This document shows, piece after piece, positions 23,511 to 32,936 of a stretch of 64,000 nucleotides of DNA. The notes beneath the pieces were generated by a model that saw only the letters and a program-made list of their open reading frames with translations, did not search any database and had not been told where the DNA came from. The position numbers were made by a program, and so were the translations under genes. This stretch comes from Thecamonas trahens ATCC 50062 (taxonomy: Eukaryota > Protista > Apusomonadida), in the NCBI RefSeq assembly GCF_000142905.1, contig NW_013657651.1:124001-188000 (forward strand), in the 5' to 3' direction. Position 1 is the stretch's first letter, and the number at the start of each line of letters is the position of its first letter.

Positions 23511-23887
23511 CTGCCAGGGTGGGCGAGTGTGTGTGTCGGCAAGGGGGGAGGGGGGGGGGGAGGGGGGGGGGGAGAAGGGAGAAAGGGTTTGGTGGGTTGG
23601 GGCTTGGGGTTGGTGTGGTGGGGTGTGGTGGGTGGTGGTGGGGAGGGGGGGGGGAGGGGGTGTGGTGTGTGTGACGGGCACATGTGGGTGGCTTCCTCTC
23701 TGCATTGGCTTCGCCCGTAGTCGTTGGCTTCTCTCCTTGTATTAATCGTGGGTGGGTGACGATTGTTCCCTCGCCTCTGGCCACACCTTCTTTTGCTGCG
23801 CGGCAGGTGCCGCCACCAACCAAGGCCACAGAGGGCGGCAGAGGGAGAAGGAGGAGGTGGTGAACAGCACCTGACTAGAGAACCAAC

Positions 23888-24907
23888 ATGATGCTAGCAA
23901 CAGCCAAAGCGAGTGGGGCTGCTCGGCCTACAGTGGCAGCACAGCAGCCGACTGGGGGAGGCGGGCAGCCGGGCGTGTGGGCGGGTATGCCCTCGCAGAG
24001 CACTATGATCGTAGGCGGCTTGACGATGGGGGCGACGGCGATGGCGGCGTATACGGTGTACCGGACGGCCAAGAAGCGGGCGCTGACGCTGCCGCAGGTG
24101 CGCTCTAAGCTGCGGCAGGTGTACGTTGCGGCGGGGGTGACCGGAGCCTGCCTGGCTGCGCCGATGGTCATCACCCATCTGACGTCTGCGGCGACGATGA
24201 CCGCCATCTACGGCACCATCTTCTCCTCGCGCTACTCGTTTGCAGCGTTTGGCTCCGCTGTTGCGTCTGCGACACTCGGCGCCTTCTTTCTTCCCACGTA
24301 CGAGGTCGGGCACGCGAGCGCCGATGGCCTGAGTGGCGAACCGGCACCCCACGAGCCCGAAAGCGCCTACGGGCGTGGGCAGAACAAGCAGGCAGTCATT
24401 GAGCGGCCAATCAAGGTCTTTTCCAAGATCAAGCTCGCGTCGTGGCTGCTGGCGTCGATCGGCGGCGGCCTGCTGCTCGCGCCGCTCGGCGGGCTCTCGA
24501 CCTCGCTGCTGGCTACCTCGGCGGGCTACTCGGTCGGTCTCTCGATCGCGGCGCACACGACGGCGTACATGGCAGCGAGTACGACTGGTTTTATTGTCAC
24601 CGCCCCGCTGACAATGACGGCCACTGCGTTGGGCATGCACGCATTTCTGGAGGCGTTGCGGTACCCATTCGTGACGGTCCTTCTGCCGACGGTGGCGTCC
24701 TGCGGTGTACTCATCGGGCTCGACGCGCTGGCACTGCTCAACACGGTGGCGGAGGATCCCGACGAGGCTGATCCCGTCCATCTTGGCATGCGGACTGCAG
24801 GCGTCGCCACCTTTGCCTTTCTCCGCATCCTCTACAAGCTGTACAAGATGTACCGGACCACGGCACGGATGACGAACAAGGCCATTGGCGTGGCCCGGCG
24901 GCGGTAG
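23888..24907 (+). CDS. GHITM/TMBIM5-like (Bax inhibitor-1 family) membrane protein, divergent
   Basis: QVRSKLRQVY, KLASWLLASIGGGLLLAPL...AGYSVG, and DPVHLG...FLRIL align by eye to GHITM YVKDRIHSTY, KHLAWLLHSGVMGAVVAPL...AAWYTAG and DPINSM...FMRV. Confidence 0.65.
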   Translation: MMLATAKASGAARPTVAAQQPTGGGGQPGVWAGMPSQSTMIVGGLTMGATAMAAYTVYRTAKKRALTLPQVRSKLRQVYVAAGVTGACLAAPMVITHLTSAATMTAIYGTIFSSRYSFAAFGSAVASATLGAFFLPTYEVGHASADGLSGEPAPHEPESAYGRGQNKQAVIERPIKVFSKIKLASWLLASIGGGLLLAPLGGLSTSLLATSAGYSVGLSIAAHTTAYMAASTTGFIVTAPLTMTATALGMHAFLEALRYPFVTVLLPTVASCGVLIGLDALALLNTVAEDPDEADPVHLGMRTAGVATFAFLRILYKLYKMYRTTARMTNKAIGVARRR

Positions 24908-25407
24908 AGGGTACAGGCTCTCGCGGGGAGTGGGGGAAAGGGAAATGAATGGCACTGCCGATCACGCTGTCTTGCGCACTCGTAGGTAGCATGCTGTGGC
25001 TAGGCCCTGGTTTCGGCGGTGGAGCGTAGGGAGTGTAGACACCTGTGACACCTGTGAGGAGTGGAGAATTCGGGCGAAAGCGCAGCACGCGAGACCGGGA
25101 GCGACAGCACTCGACGCACAGGTACGGAGGGGAGGGGGGGGAGGACAGGGACAGGGACGGGGACAGGGGGTGTGGGGGCGGGGCAGGGGCAGGGGCAGGG
25201 GGGTTGAGGGGGCGAGGGGAGGGATGGCCAAGACCGTGGGCGGCGAGGGCTTGCTGCTGGCTTCAGTGCGCAGGTGCGGGCGGTCGGACACACCAGGCGG
25301 CGGTGGTGGCGACGGCCCCGTGAGTGGGTAGAGGGAATGCGAGGAGTGTGTGACTCATGGCGAGAGGTTGTGATAATGGGCGTGGGGCAGGCACAGGAGG
25401 TGAGAGC

Positions 25408-28400
25408 ATGCCCGCGTTCCGGGTGCTTGTGGAGGAGGGCAATGGCTCCGTGCGCGAGCTCGAGGCAGTGCAGCTCTCGAACAAGTTCCCCATCATCGGG
25501 AACCAGGTCCGGCTCGGCTCCAAGATTGGTGTTGACGACTGGGACCGGTATGTGCTGCGGCGCGAGAGCGCCAACGGTGCCAGGATCGATTTGAAGAAGA
25601 CAACAAAGCAGCTGAAGCTGAAGAAGGGCATGACTCTGTACGTGCAGGCGGCGCCGAATCCTGGCGGACAGGCCGCCGCCGAGGCTGCTGGCGACGTCAA
25701 TGGACCGCATGTGCGCGAGACGGCGGCGAGCAAGCCGGCGGCCAAAGATGGTGCGGCCAAGAGTAAGGCGACCAAGACGGGAAAGAAGAAGAAAACCACC
25801 ACGGGCACTGGCAAGAGCGGCGAGGTGACTGAAAAGACTAAGGTGCTTGAAGATGGGACCGTGGTCAAGGTTGTGGTCAAGCGCAAGCGCAAGGCTGCCA
25901 CCGCGTCCGCGACTGAAGATGCGGCCAAGCCCAAGAGCGCCGAGACCAAGACCAAGACCAAGGTTGTGGTGAAGAGACGCAAGAAGCGGGTAGCATCAGC
26001 GCCCGCCGAGACGACGGCCACAGACACCACAGGCGCTGAAGAGCTTGTCAAGCAGCGCAAGGAGGAGCGGATTAAGCGGCGCGAAGCGCGGGCCAAGTCC
26101 CAGAACGGGACCGACGATGCCGAGACAATGCGCAAGGCGCGTGTGGCGGCGCGCAAGGCAAAGCGTGAGGCTGAGGCCAAGCGGCGCGAGGAGGCTGAGG
26201 CACAGGCTGAGACTGAACGCAAGGCACGCCGTGCCAAGCGTGAGGCCGATCGCAAGGCCGCGGCCAAGCAGCGCGAGGAGGAGGATGCCAAGGCTGAAGC
26301 CGAGCGCAAGGAACGCCGGGCAAGGCGCGAGGCTCAGCGCAAGGCCGCCTCAGCCGAGGCTAGGGCGGCTGCGCAGCGGAAGGAGGAGGAGGGGACTGCG
26401 CGACAGCGCGAGGAGGTTGAGCGCAAGCGGAAGGCTGAGAAGGAGGCTGCTGCTGAGCGCAAGCGCATGGAAGAAGAGAAGGCCGCCGCCGCCGCCGAGC
26501 GGAAGCGAGAGGAGGAGGCCAGGCGCAATGCAGAGGAGAAGGCTGCTGCTGAGCGCAAGCGCAAGGCTGAGGAGGAGGCCGCCGCCGCCGCCGAGCGGAA
26601 GCGAGAGGAGGAGGCCAGACGCAAGGCAGAGGAGAAGGCTGCTGCTGAGCGCAAGCGCAAGGCTGAGGAGGAGGCCGCCGCTGCCGCCGCCGTCGAGCGG
26701 AAGCGAGAGGAGGAGGCCAGACGCAAGGCAGAGGAGAAGGCTGCTGCTGAGCGCAAGCGCAAGGCTGAGGAGGAGGCCGCCGCCGCCGTCGAGCGGAAGC
26801 GAGAGGAGGAGGCCAGACGCAAGGCAGAGGAGAAGGCTGCTGCTGAGCGCAAGCGCAAGGCCGAGGAGGAGGCCGCCGCCGCCGCCGCTAACCAGAAGCG
26901 CATGGAGGAGGAGGCCAGGCGCAAGGCTGAGAAGGAGGCTGCCGCCAAGCGCGAGCGCATGGAAGAAGAGAAGGCCGCCGCCGCCGCCGAGCGGAAGCGA
27001 GAGGAGGAGGCCAGACGCAAGGCAGAGGAGAAGGCTGCTGCTGAGCGCAAGCGAAAGGCCGAGGAGGCCAGGCGCAAACGCAAGGCCGATGAAGAGAAGG
27101 CTGCTGCGGATGCCGCCGCCGAGCGCAAGCGCAAAGCAAAGGAGACCAAGACCAAGGCCACACGCGCATCCACGGCACCCGCCCCATCGTCACCACCACC
27201 GGCGGCAAAGTCGTCGCGCGTCACGGGTCCGGCATCGCCGGCCGACCCGAACGCATGTCGCAACTGCAAGAAGAGGATGTACCCTGCCGATCCACAGGTC
27301 AACGTTGGCAAGAAGAAGTTCCACAAGACTTGCTTCCTCTGCGCCGAGTGCGGCAAGCGCCTGACGCCGACGACATACCAGGCCGAGGACGACATTATTT
27401 TCTGCAAGCGCCACGCCAACGACTACATCCGCAATGGGCGCAAGGCCGACGAGGCCCGCGCCGCCAACGCCGCCCGCTTTGAAGAAAAGGTGCGCAAGGC
27501 CGAGGCGCAGCGCAAAGCATCGATTGTCGATCCATCTACCACCAAGCGCGACAAGGATGCGTGCCCGACGTGCTCCAAGAAGGTCTACATCGCCGATCCG
27601 CAAGTCCCGGCCGAGGGTTACAAGTACCACAAGACTTGCTTTGTGTGCTCATGGGACAAGTGCGGCAAGGTCCTCACTGCTCGCACTTACGAGCGCCTTG
27701 ACGACTTGCTCTTTTGCAAGCGCCACCTATCCGACTACCAGCGCGCTGGCCGTCCCAACCGAAAGTCGACGACGACGTGGTCGCGAACCCGTCCGACCGC
27801 CGCCGACAACGCCGCTAAGGCTCGCGCTTCTCCGCCGATCGCGTCTGGCGGCTCCAAGGTCGAGCTCAAGACGTCTGCAAATGGGCCCACAAAGTTTGAT
27901 CCCAAGGCCCTGCTCGTCAAGCGTCGTGTGACCCAGCACACATTCAACGACTCGTCTGTCGAGCTTGCCAAGAAGGGTGATGGCACGTTCAACGTCGGCT
28001 CGGTCCTCCGTAAGGCCAAGGCCGACAAAGAGCCTGTTCTCATGCGCATCAAGGGTAAGCGCCAGCCGTTTGCCGTGTATATGCCGGTCGAGCCGGCCTC
28101 GCTCAACTCGGGCGACTCGTTTGTTCTTGACCTCGACACGACCCTGTTCGTCTTCAAAGGCCGTCGCTCCAACCGCCTCGAGAAGGTCACTGCCATGCGC
28201 GTGGCGACCCGTATCCGCGACAAGGAGCGCTCCATGCGCGCCACCATCCACGAGATCGACCAGGGCTCCTCCGACCGCGATGTGAGCAACCTGCCGTTCT
28301 GGACCACCATCGGCGGCATGTCGCCCGACAGCGTGGCCCCGCCCGACTCGGCACCCGACGACGCCACCTACGAGGCCGAAGTCAACGCCGTCACCGTCCT

Positions 28401-29352
28401 CTACCGCGTCGCCGCCGACGGCAGCCTCGAATCGGTCTCCACCGGCCGGCTCGACGCCTCGCCCTTGGGCGACAACGACGTCTTTGTCCTCGACTCGCCG
28501 CACGAGGTTTACGTCTGGCTCGGCCGCAAGACGCCGTCAGCGCTCCGTAACGTCGGCGTTGACGCCGCCAACAGGCTCATCGCCGACCGCACGCCGGCTT
28601 CACCGGCCTGGCTCAAGCCCCAGACCATCAAGCAGAACACCGAGACAACTTTGTTCATCGAGAAGTTCTCCACATGGGGCGAGGGCATGTCCATCGCCAA
28701 CAACAACGCCAAGTACGTGCTCTCCGCCAAGGAGGTCGCCGCCCTTAAGGCTAAAGAAGAGGCCGAGCGCAAGGCCCGTGCTGCCGAGCGCGCCCGCAAG
28801 GAGGCCGAGGAGGCCGAGCGCATGAAGGATCCAGCCTACCGCGCCCGCAAGGAGGCAGAGGCCGCAGCTGCCGAGCAGCGCCGCAAAGAGGAGGCCATCA
28901 AGCGTCGCCAGCGGCTGCAGCACCGCGCCACCACCGGCGCCAGCAGCTCTCGTATCAAGGACCTCCAGTCCAAGCTCGCTCTCGATGTCAGCAAGATGGA
29001 CCCGTCGCGTGCCGCTCCCAAGCCGGGCCAGGCCCGCGCTCTCGCCGCCGTTGATCGTGACGCGCGCAACGCTGTCGCCACCCCGTCAGCCTCGGCTGCT
29101 GCAGGCCTCGCCGCCATCATGACTGGCGGTGCGCCGGGCGGAGCCCTGCCGCGCAAGCGCGTCTCGGCCGCCCAGCAGGCCGCCATCGACGCCCAGAAAA
29201 CAGGCACAACCGAGCGCCTGACCACGCCGGCAAAGGCTCGCCCGGTCGGTCCGGCCGCATCGCGGCGCGGCCGCAAGCGCCCAACTCGTCGCCGCGGCGG
29301 CGCTGGAGTCGACGCCTCTGCAGCAGCCGCCGCCGCCTCGAGCAACAGCTAG
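25408..29352 (+). CDS. Actin-regulatory multidomain protein: ubiquitin-like fold(?), ER/K helix repeats, 2 LIM domains, 2 gelsolin repeats, ER/K helix, CPI-like motif
   Basis: LIM domains CRNCKKRMY..FHKTCFLCAEC..FCKRH and CPTCSKKVY..YHKTCFVC..FCKRH. Gelsolin repeats LMRIKGKR, SLNSGDSFVLD, DVFVLDSPHEVYVWLGRK, ETTLFIEKFSTW. ATG at 25408. Confidence 0.88.
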   Translation: MPAFRVLVEEGNGSVRELEAVQLSNKFPIIGNQVRLGSKIGVDDWDRYVLRRESANGARIDLKKTTKQLKLKKGMTLYVQAAPNPGGQAAAEAAGDVNGPHVRETAASKPAAKDGAAKSKATKTGKKKKTTTGTGKSGEVTEKTKVLEDGTVVKVVVKRKRKAATASATEDAAKPKSAETKTKTKVVVKRRKKRVASAPAETTATDTTGAEELVKQRKEERIKRREARAKSQNGTDDAETMRKARVAARKAKREAEAKRREEAEAQAETERKARRAKREADRKAAAKQREEEDAKAEAERKERRARREAQRKAASAEARAAAQRKEEEGTARQREEVERKRKAEKEAAAERKRMEEEKAAAAAERKREEEARRNAEEKAAAERKRKAEEEAAAAAERKREEEARRKAEEKAAAERKRKAEEEAAAAAAVERKREEEARRKAEEKAAAERKRKAEEEAAAAVERKREEEARRKAEEKAAAERKRKAEEEAAAAAANQKRMEEEARRKAEKEAAAKRERMEEEKAAAAAERKREEEARRKAEEKAAAERKRKAEEARRKRKADEEKAAADAAAERKRKAKETKTKATRASTAPAPSSPPPAAKSSRVTGPASPADPNACRNCKKRMYPADPQVNVGKKKFHKTCFLCAECGKRLTPTTYQAEDDIIFCKRHANDYIRNGRKADEARAANAARFEEKVRKAEAQRKASIVDPSTTKRDKDACPTCSKKVYIADPQVPAEGYKYHKTCFVCSWDKCGKVLTARTYERLDDLLFCKRHLSDYQRAGRPNRKSTTTWSRTRPTAADNAAKARASPPIASGGSKVELKTSANGPTKFDPKALLVKRRVTQHTFNDSSVELAKKGDGTFNVGSVLRKAKADKEPVLMRIKGKRQPFAVYMPVEPASLNSGDSFVLDLDTTLFVFKGRRSNRLEKVTAMRVATRIRDKERSMRATIHEIDQGSSDRDVSNLPFWTTIGGMSPDSVAPPDSAPDDATYEAEVNAVTVLYRVAADGSLESVSTGRLDASPLGDNDVFVLDSPHEVYVWLGRKTPSALRNVGVDAANRLIADRTPASPAWLKPQTIKQNTETTLFIEKFSTWGEGMSIANNNAKYVLSAKEVAALKAKEEAERKARAAERARKEAEEAERMKDPAYRARKEAEAAAAEQRRKEEAIKRRQRLQHRATTGASSSRIKDLQSKLALDVSKMDPSRAAPKPGQARALAAVDRDARNAVATPSASAAAGLAAIMTGGAPGGALPRKRVSAAQQAAIDAQKTGTTERLTTPAKARPVGPAASRRGRKRPTRRRGGAGVDASAAAAAASSNS
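26440..27140 (+). repeat. Coding tandem repeat, about 96-bp unit (ERKREEEARRKAEEKAAAERKRKAEEEAAAAA), about 6 copies
   Basis: Near-identical DNA units, e.g. gagcggaagcgagaggaggaggccagacgcaaggcagaggagaaggctgctgct... Confidence 0.9.
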
Positions 29353-29501
29353 CCACCCTACCTGCTCGCTCCCGTAAATCGACTTGCATCGCCACTGGCA
29401 CCACGGGTTTGGCTCCGCGCCGCCACCGAGTCCCCCCACCCCCCCGTCCGCCACCGCCGAGCTGGGGCACCCCTCTCTCCGACATCGACATCTCAGACTC
29501 T

Positions 29502-32500
29502 ATGGCCACGAGTCAAGAACCAGAAACCCCTCCGGGACGCATCGATGCCTCTGTGTGCGGGTGGGATGAAGGCGTGGCGGTGTTCGGCGGCTTTGTTCGC
29601 GGAGGCGCTGCGTGCAACGAGGTGTGGGTCGGCCGGCCGGGCGCCTGGCGCTGCCTGTACTCGCCGCCGACGCTGGGCCTAGACCACCGGGCCCATCTCG
29701 ACAAGCTCATGGCCATGCTGCGTGGTCCGCGGCCGGCAGCAGCAGAGGTGCGGGCGTGGCTGGCCGATCCGCTCGCTGACGGCGGCGCCACCGCCAACGT
29801 GACCGCAGGCGGGCGGCTGGCACTGGTGGTGGCGCTCGCCAAGGAAAGCCCGGCGGCAGCTGCGGTTCTGGCTACTGCCCAAGACATCTCGCTCGATGCC
29901 GTTGACGCCGACGGGGTCTCGCCGCTGCAGGCTGCCATGGCCTCGCCGCATGTCGAGCTTGCGCAAATCGTCGCCGCACGCGCCGCACACGCCGCCCTTG
30001 CTGCTACGAGCGACGCGCCTCCGGATGCTCCGACATCACGGACGGCGGCCGCGGCTGCTGTCTCACCCGAGGGTGTGCTGTATGTGTGTGGCGGACGCGA
30101 GGTTGTTGAGAGGCGGATGAGCGTGCACGCCTTTGACCTCGCCCGGGGCGTCTGGCTGCCAATGCCGCGGGCGACACGTGACTCGCCGCGGAGCGTGGCT
30201 GGAGCTCGGGCACTGTACTTTGCGCCGCTCGACTCGGTATTTGTTCTCGGGGGACGATCTGTCATTGCCGAGGCAAGCGATGCCGGCGGGGTGTGGCGGC
30301 TCTCGCTGCGCACCCACGAGTGGCGCCGGGTCGAGCCTGCAAGCTCGTCATGGGACACACCACAGCTCTCTGACTATGCGCTCATCTATGTCGAGCGGCT
30401 AGGATTGGCGATTCTGAGTGGTGGAATGGATAGCACGACCGGCGTACCGAGTAGAAACGTGTATGTATTTGTTCCATGGGACGGAACACTTCACAAGCTC
30501 GACGCTGCCGAGCTCCCAGTCGGCATCATGCGGCATGCGGCGTGGATTGATGGATCGTCACTGGTGGTCGCCGGCGGCGTCTCCAGTGACGGCGAGCCGT
30601 ACCGGAGTTCGGCGATGCGGGTCTCGCTGGTCGATGCTGGCGGCGGAGTGTCGAGCAGCGACAGCGCACAAAGCGAGGCGTCTGCTGCAGTGGCGTGTGC
30701 CCTCGCGGGGCTTCGGGACGCCGGGCTTGTGCGCCTCGATGCGACGGGCGAGATGGTGGCGGTGTTTGGCAAACGGGCGAGCGGATACGTCGAGGCGGAC
30801 GCAAATGCGGACCTGGTCCTGGCCGCCCCACCCGTGGACGAGGCCATCCTGGCCACCCTGCAGCGGCATGCTGGAAGCCAGGGCGCAGTGTTTGGATGTG
30901 GCATGGCCGGACACATGCAGCTTGGCCTTGATCTTGAGCTCGGCATGATGGTGGGCGCACCAAGCCGCGTCGGCCACCTTCCACCTGTCCGCGCGATCTT
31001 TGCAAACGGCGTCGCGTCGTTTGCGCTTGACGCCGCGAGCGACAACGTCTACATGTGGGGTGCCAACTGTTGTGAGACAGCCACACTCGTTCCGCATCTA
31101 CGTGGCAAGCTTATCTCTAGCATCGGCGTCGGCGTGGTGTTTGCCGTGGCGGCATCGGCAGCAAGTGGGCGGGTCTACACGCTCGGAACCTCAATCACCG
31201 GATCACTTGGTGCAGCGCAGCAGCTCTCTCCGGATGCATGCGAGCTGACTGATTGTCCGTGGCGCCCGGCCGGGGTGAACCACGTCGACGCGGGCGCGCT
31301 TCATGCGCTGCTCCTCGACTCGGAGGGGCGTGTTTGGTCGTGGGGCGAGAATCCGCGAGGGCAGCTGGGCCGAGGCGGCGATCCTACAAGCCCGGCTCTT
31401 GTGGAGATCGGAACACGTGTCGCCGCTATAGCTGCCGGTGCGACACATTCTGTGGCGCTCTCCAGCGACGGGCTCGCGGTCTACGCTTGGGGCAGCCGTG
31501 ACGCGCTCGGATTGGAGGCACACACCGTCGAGCCGCTCGCGCTGGAGATTCCAGACGAGCTAGCACTGCCCGTGACACACGTAGCGGCTAGTGAGGCATC
31601 AATCATGCTCATCGATGCTCGCGGTGCCTTGTTTGCCTGTGGTAACCCCACAAACGGTCGGCTGGGTGTGGGCGAGGTCGATGCTGGAGTGACCGCCCTA
31701 GCCCTACAGCGGGTGACAGGCCTCGACGGTGTCAAGGTGGTCAAGGTGGTGGGCAACGGAGCGTATGGCTATGGCCATTGCTGTGCACTGGCAGACGACG
31801 GGCGGGTCTTTGTCTGGGGATCAAACGCGCAGGGTCGCCTGGGTCTCGGAAGCCAAGCGCCCGGCGTGGTTTGGACGCCATGTGAGCTGGCATGGGCAAG
31901 TGCACCCGGGAGCGTTTCGGTGACTGATATTGCAGCCGGCGGAGCGCATCTGCTGCTGGCGACCGAGACCAGACACGCAGCTGCATGCCCGGATCCCGAC
32001 AAGGGGAAGGAGGAGGCAGAGGAGGCGGGGCCGCTGGGCCCGCTCCTGGGCCAGCTCCCGACCGAGCTTCTGTTCCTCATCGTAGATGAGTCCAGTCTGG
32101 CCAGTATGCTGGCGCTCGGCGCAACGTGCCGGGCAATGGCGGCGATTGTCGACGACCCTCTGCTGTGGCGGCGGCGGATGGCGACAACGGCGTGGCCGGA
32201 TGGCGAAACGGTCCGTCACGCCATGCTCGAGTACGAGGCGCGCTACGGCGGGGCCTTCAACACGCCGTGGCGGACAATTTTCCGCGATGCGTACATTGAG
32301 GCGTTCAACCCGCGGTACCACGACCGACAGACGCTGGCGCGACGGCGAGCTGGGGCGCCGAGTACGGGTCTGGCCGACAGAGTCGGGTGGTTCAAGTCGA
32401 TGGTTCGCAAGACGCTTGGTCTGGCGCCGACTAAGCGGGATTCGTGTTTGTTTGTCGGCCTAGATGCTGCAGGCAAGACTTCGCTCTTGTACCTTCTCGC

Positions 32501-32936
32501 GAGAGGAGAGCTTATTATGACTATTCCGACCATCGGCTTCAACATCGAGGATCTCAAGGTACCCGCCGCCGGTGTGCTGACATGCTGGGACACCGGTGGA
32601 TGCGATCGGATCCGCCCGCTTGTGCGGCACTATCTCGTCGGCACTGGTGTGGTGGTCCATGTTGTGGCGGCCCAAGACGAGCGGCTAGTCGAGTCTGTCG
32701 ACGAGTTCCACAGCTTTACGCTCATGGCGGAAGCACTCGAGCCGCGGGTCAAGGTCGTGGTGGCGGTCCGCCAGCCTCCACCGGACCACCCACAGCCGCC
32801 GCGCTACAGCATGGATGACATCCGCAGTACGCTCCTGGCACGGTCGGCCATCGACCAGCTCCCGTGGCGAATGGTCGAGTGGTCGCACCAGGACGTGTCG
32901 CAGGTGTGGGACGCCCTGGCTTGGGCAATGGAGTGA
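29502..32936 (+). CDS. Kelch (with ankyrin-like insert) + RCC1 repeats + F-box + Arf-like GTPase fusion protein
   Basis: Kelch motifs VAVFGG, LYVCGG, VFVLGG, ILSGG, LVVAGG. RCC1 motifs HALLLDSEGRVWSWGENPRGQLG and DGRVFVWGSNAQGRLGLG. F-box LGQLPTELLFLIV...TCRAM...DDPLLWR. Arf GLDAAGKT, TIPTIGFN, WDTGGCDRIRPLVRHY. Single uninterrupted ORF. Confidence 0.88.
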   Translation: MATSQEPETPPGRIDASVCGWDEGVAVFGGFVRGGAACNEVWVGRPGAWRCLYSPPTLGLDHRAHLDKLMAMLRGPRPAAAEVRAWLADPLADGGATANVTAGGRLALVVALAKESPAAAAVLATAQDISLDAVDADGVSPLQAAMASPHVELAQIVAARAAHAALAATSDAPPDAPTSRTAAAAAVSPEGVLYVCGGREVVERRMSVHAFDLARGVWLPMPRATRDSPRSVAGARALYFAPLDSVFVLGGRSVIAEASDAGGVWRLSLRTHEWRRVEPASSSWDTPQLSDYALIYVERLGLAILSGGMDSTTGVPSRNVYVFVPWDGTLHKLDAAELPVGIMRHAAWIDGSSLVVAGGVSSDGEPYRSSAMRVSLVDAGGGVSSSDSAQSEASAAVACALAGLRDAGLVRLDATGEMVAVFGKRASGYVEADANADLVLAAPPVDEAILATLQRHAGSQGAVFGCGMAGHMQLGLDLELGMMVGAPSRVGHLPPVRAIFANGVASFALDAASDNVYMWGANCCETATLVPHLRGKLISSIGVGVVFAVAASAASGRVYTLGTSITGSLGAAQQLSPDACELTDCPWRPAGVNHVDAGALHALLLDSEGRVWSWGENPRGQLGRGGDPTSPALVEIGTRVAAIAAGATHSVALSSDGLAVYAWGSRDALGLEAHTVEPLALEIPDELALPVTHVAASEASIMLIDARGALFACGNPTNGRLGVGEVDAGVTALALQRVTGLDGVKVVKVVGNGAYGYGHCCALADDGRVFVWGSNAQGRLGLGSQAPGVVWTPCELAWASAPGSVSVTDIAAGGAHLLLATETRHAAACPDPDKGKEEAEEAGPLGPLLGQLPTELLFLIVDESSLASMLALGATCRAMAAIVDDPLLWRRRMATTAWPDGETVRHAMLEYEARYGGAFNTPWRTIFRDAYIEAFNPRYHDRQTLARRRAGAPSTGLADRVGWFKSMVRKTLGLAPTKRDSCLFVGLDAAGKTSLLYLLARGELIMTIPTIGFNIEDLKVPAAGVLTCWDTGGCDRIRPLVRHYLVGTGVVVHVVAAQDERLVESVDEFHSFTLMAEALEPRVKVVVAVRQPPPDHPQPPRYSMDDIRSTLLARSAIDQLPWRMVEWSHQDVSQVWDALAWAME

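Noticed and set aside
26440-27140. Regular repeats as a CRISPR-like array
   Set aside because: There are no unique spacers, the units are in-frame coding repeats, and the context is eukaryotic with no cas genes.
26045-27419. Long Arg- or Ser/Ala-rich ORFs overlapping the ER/K repeat, and the many antisense ORFs over the kinesin, MED14 and TPC genes
   Set aside because: These are shadow ORFs caused by high GC, codon bias and repeats, with no protein motifs.
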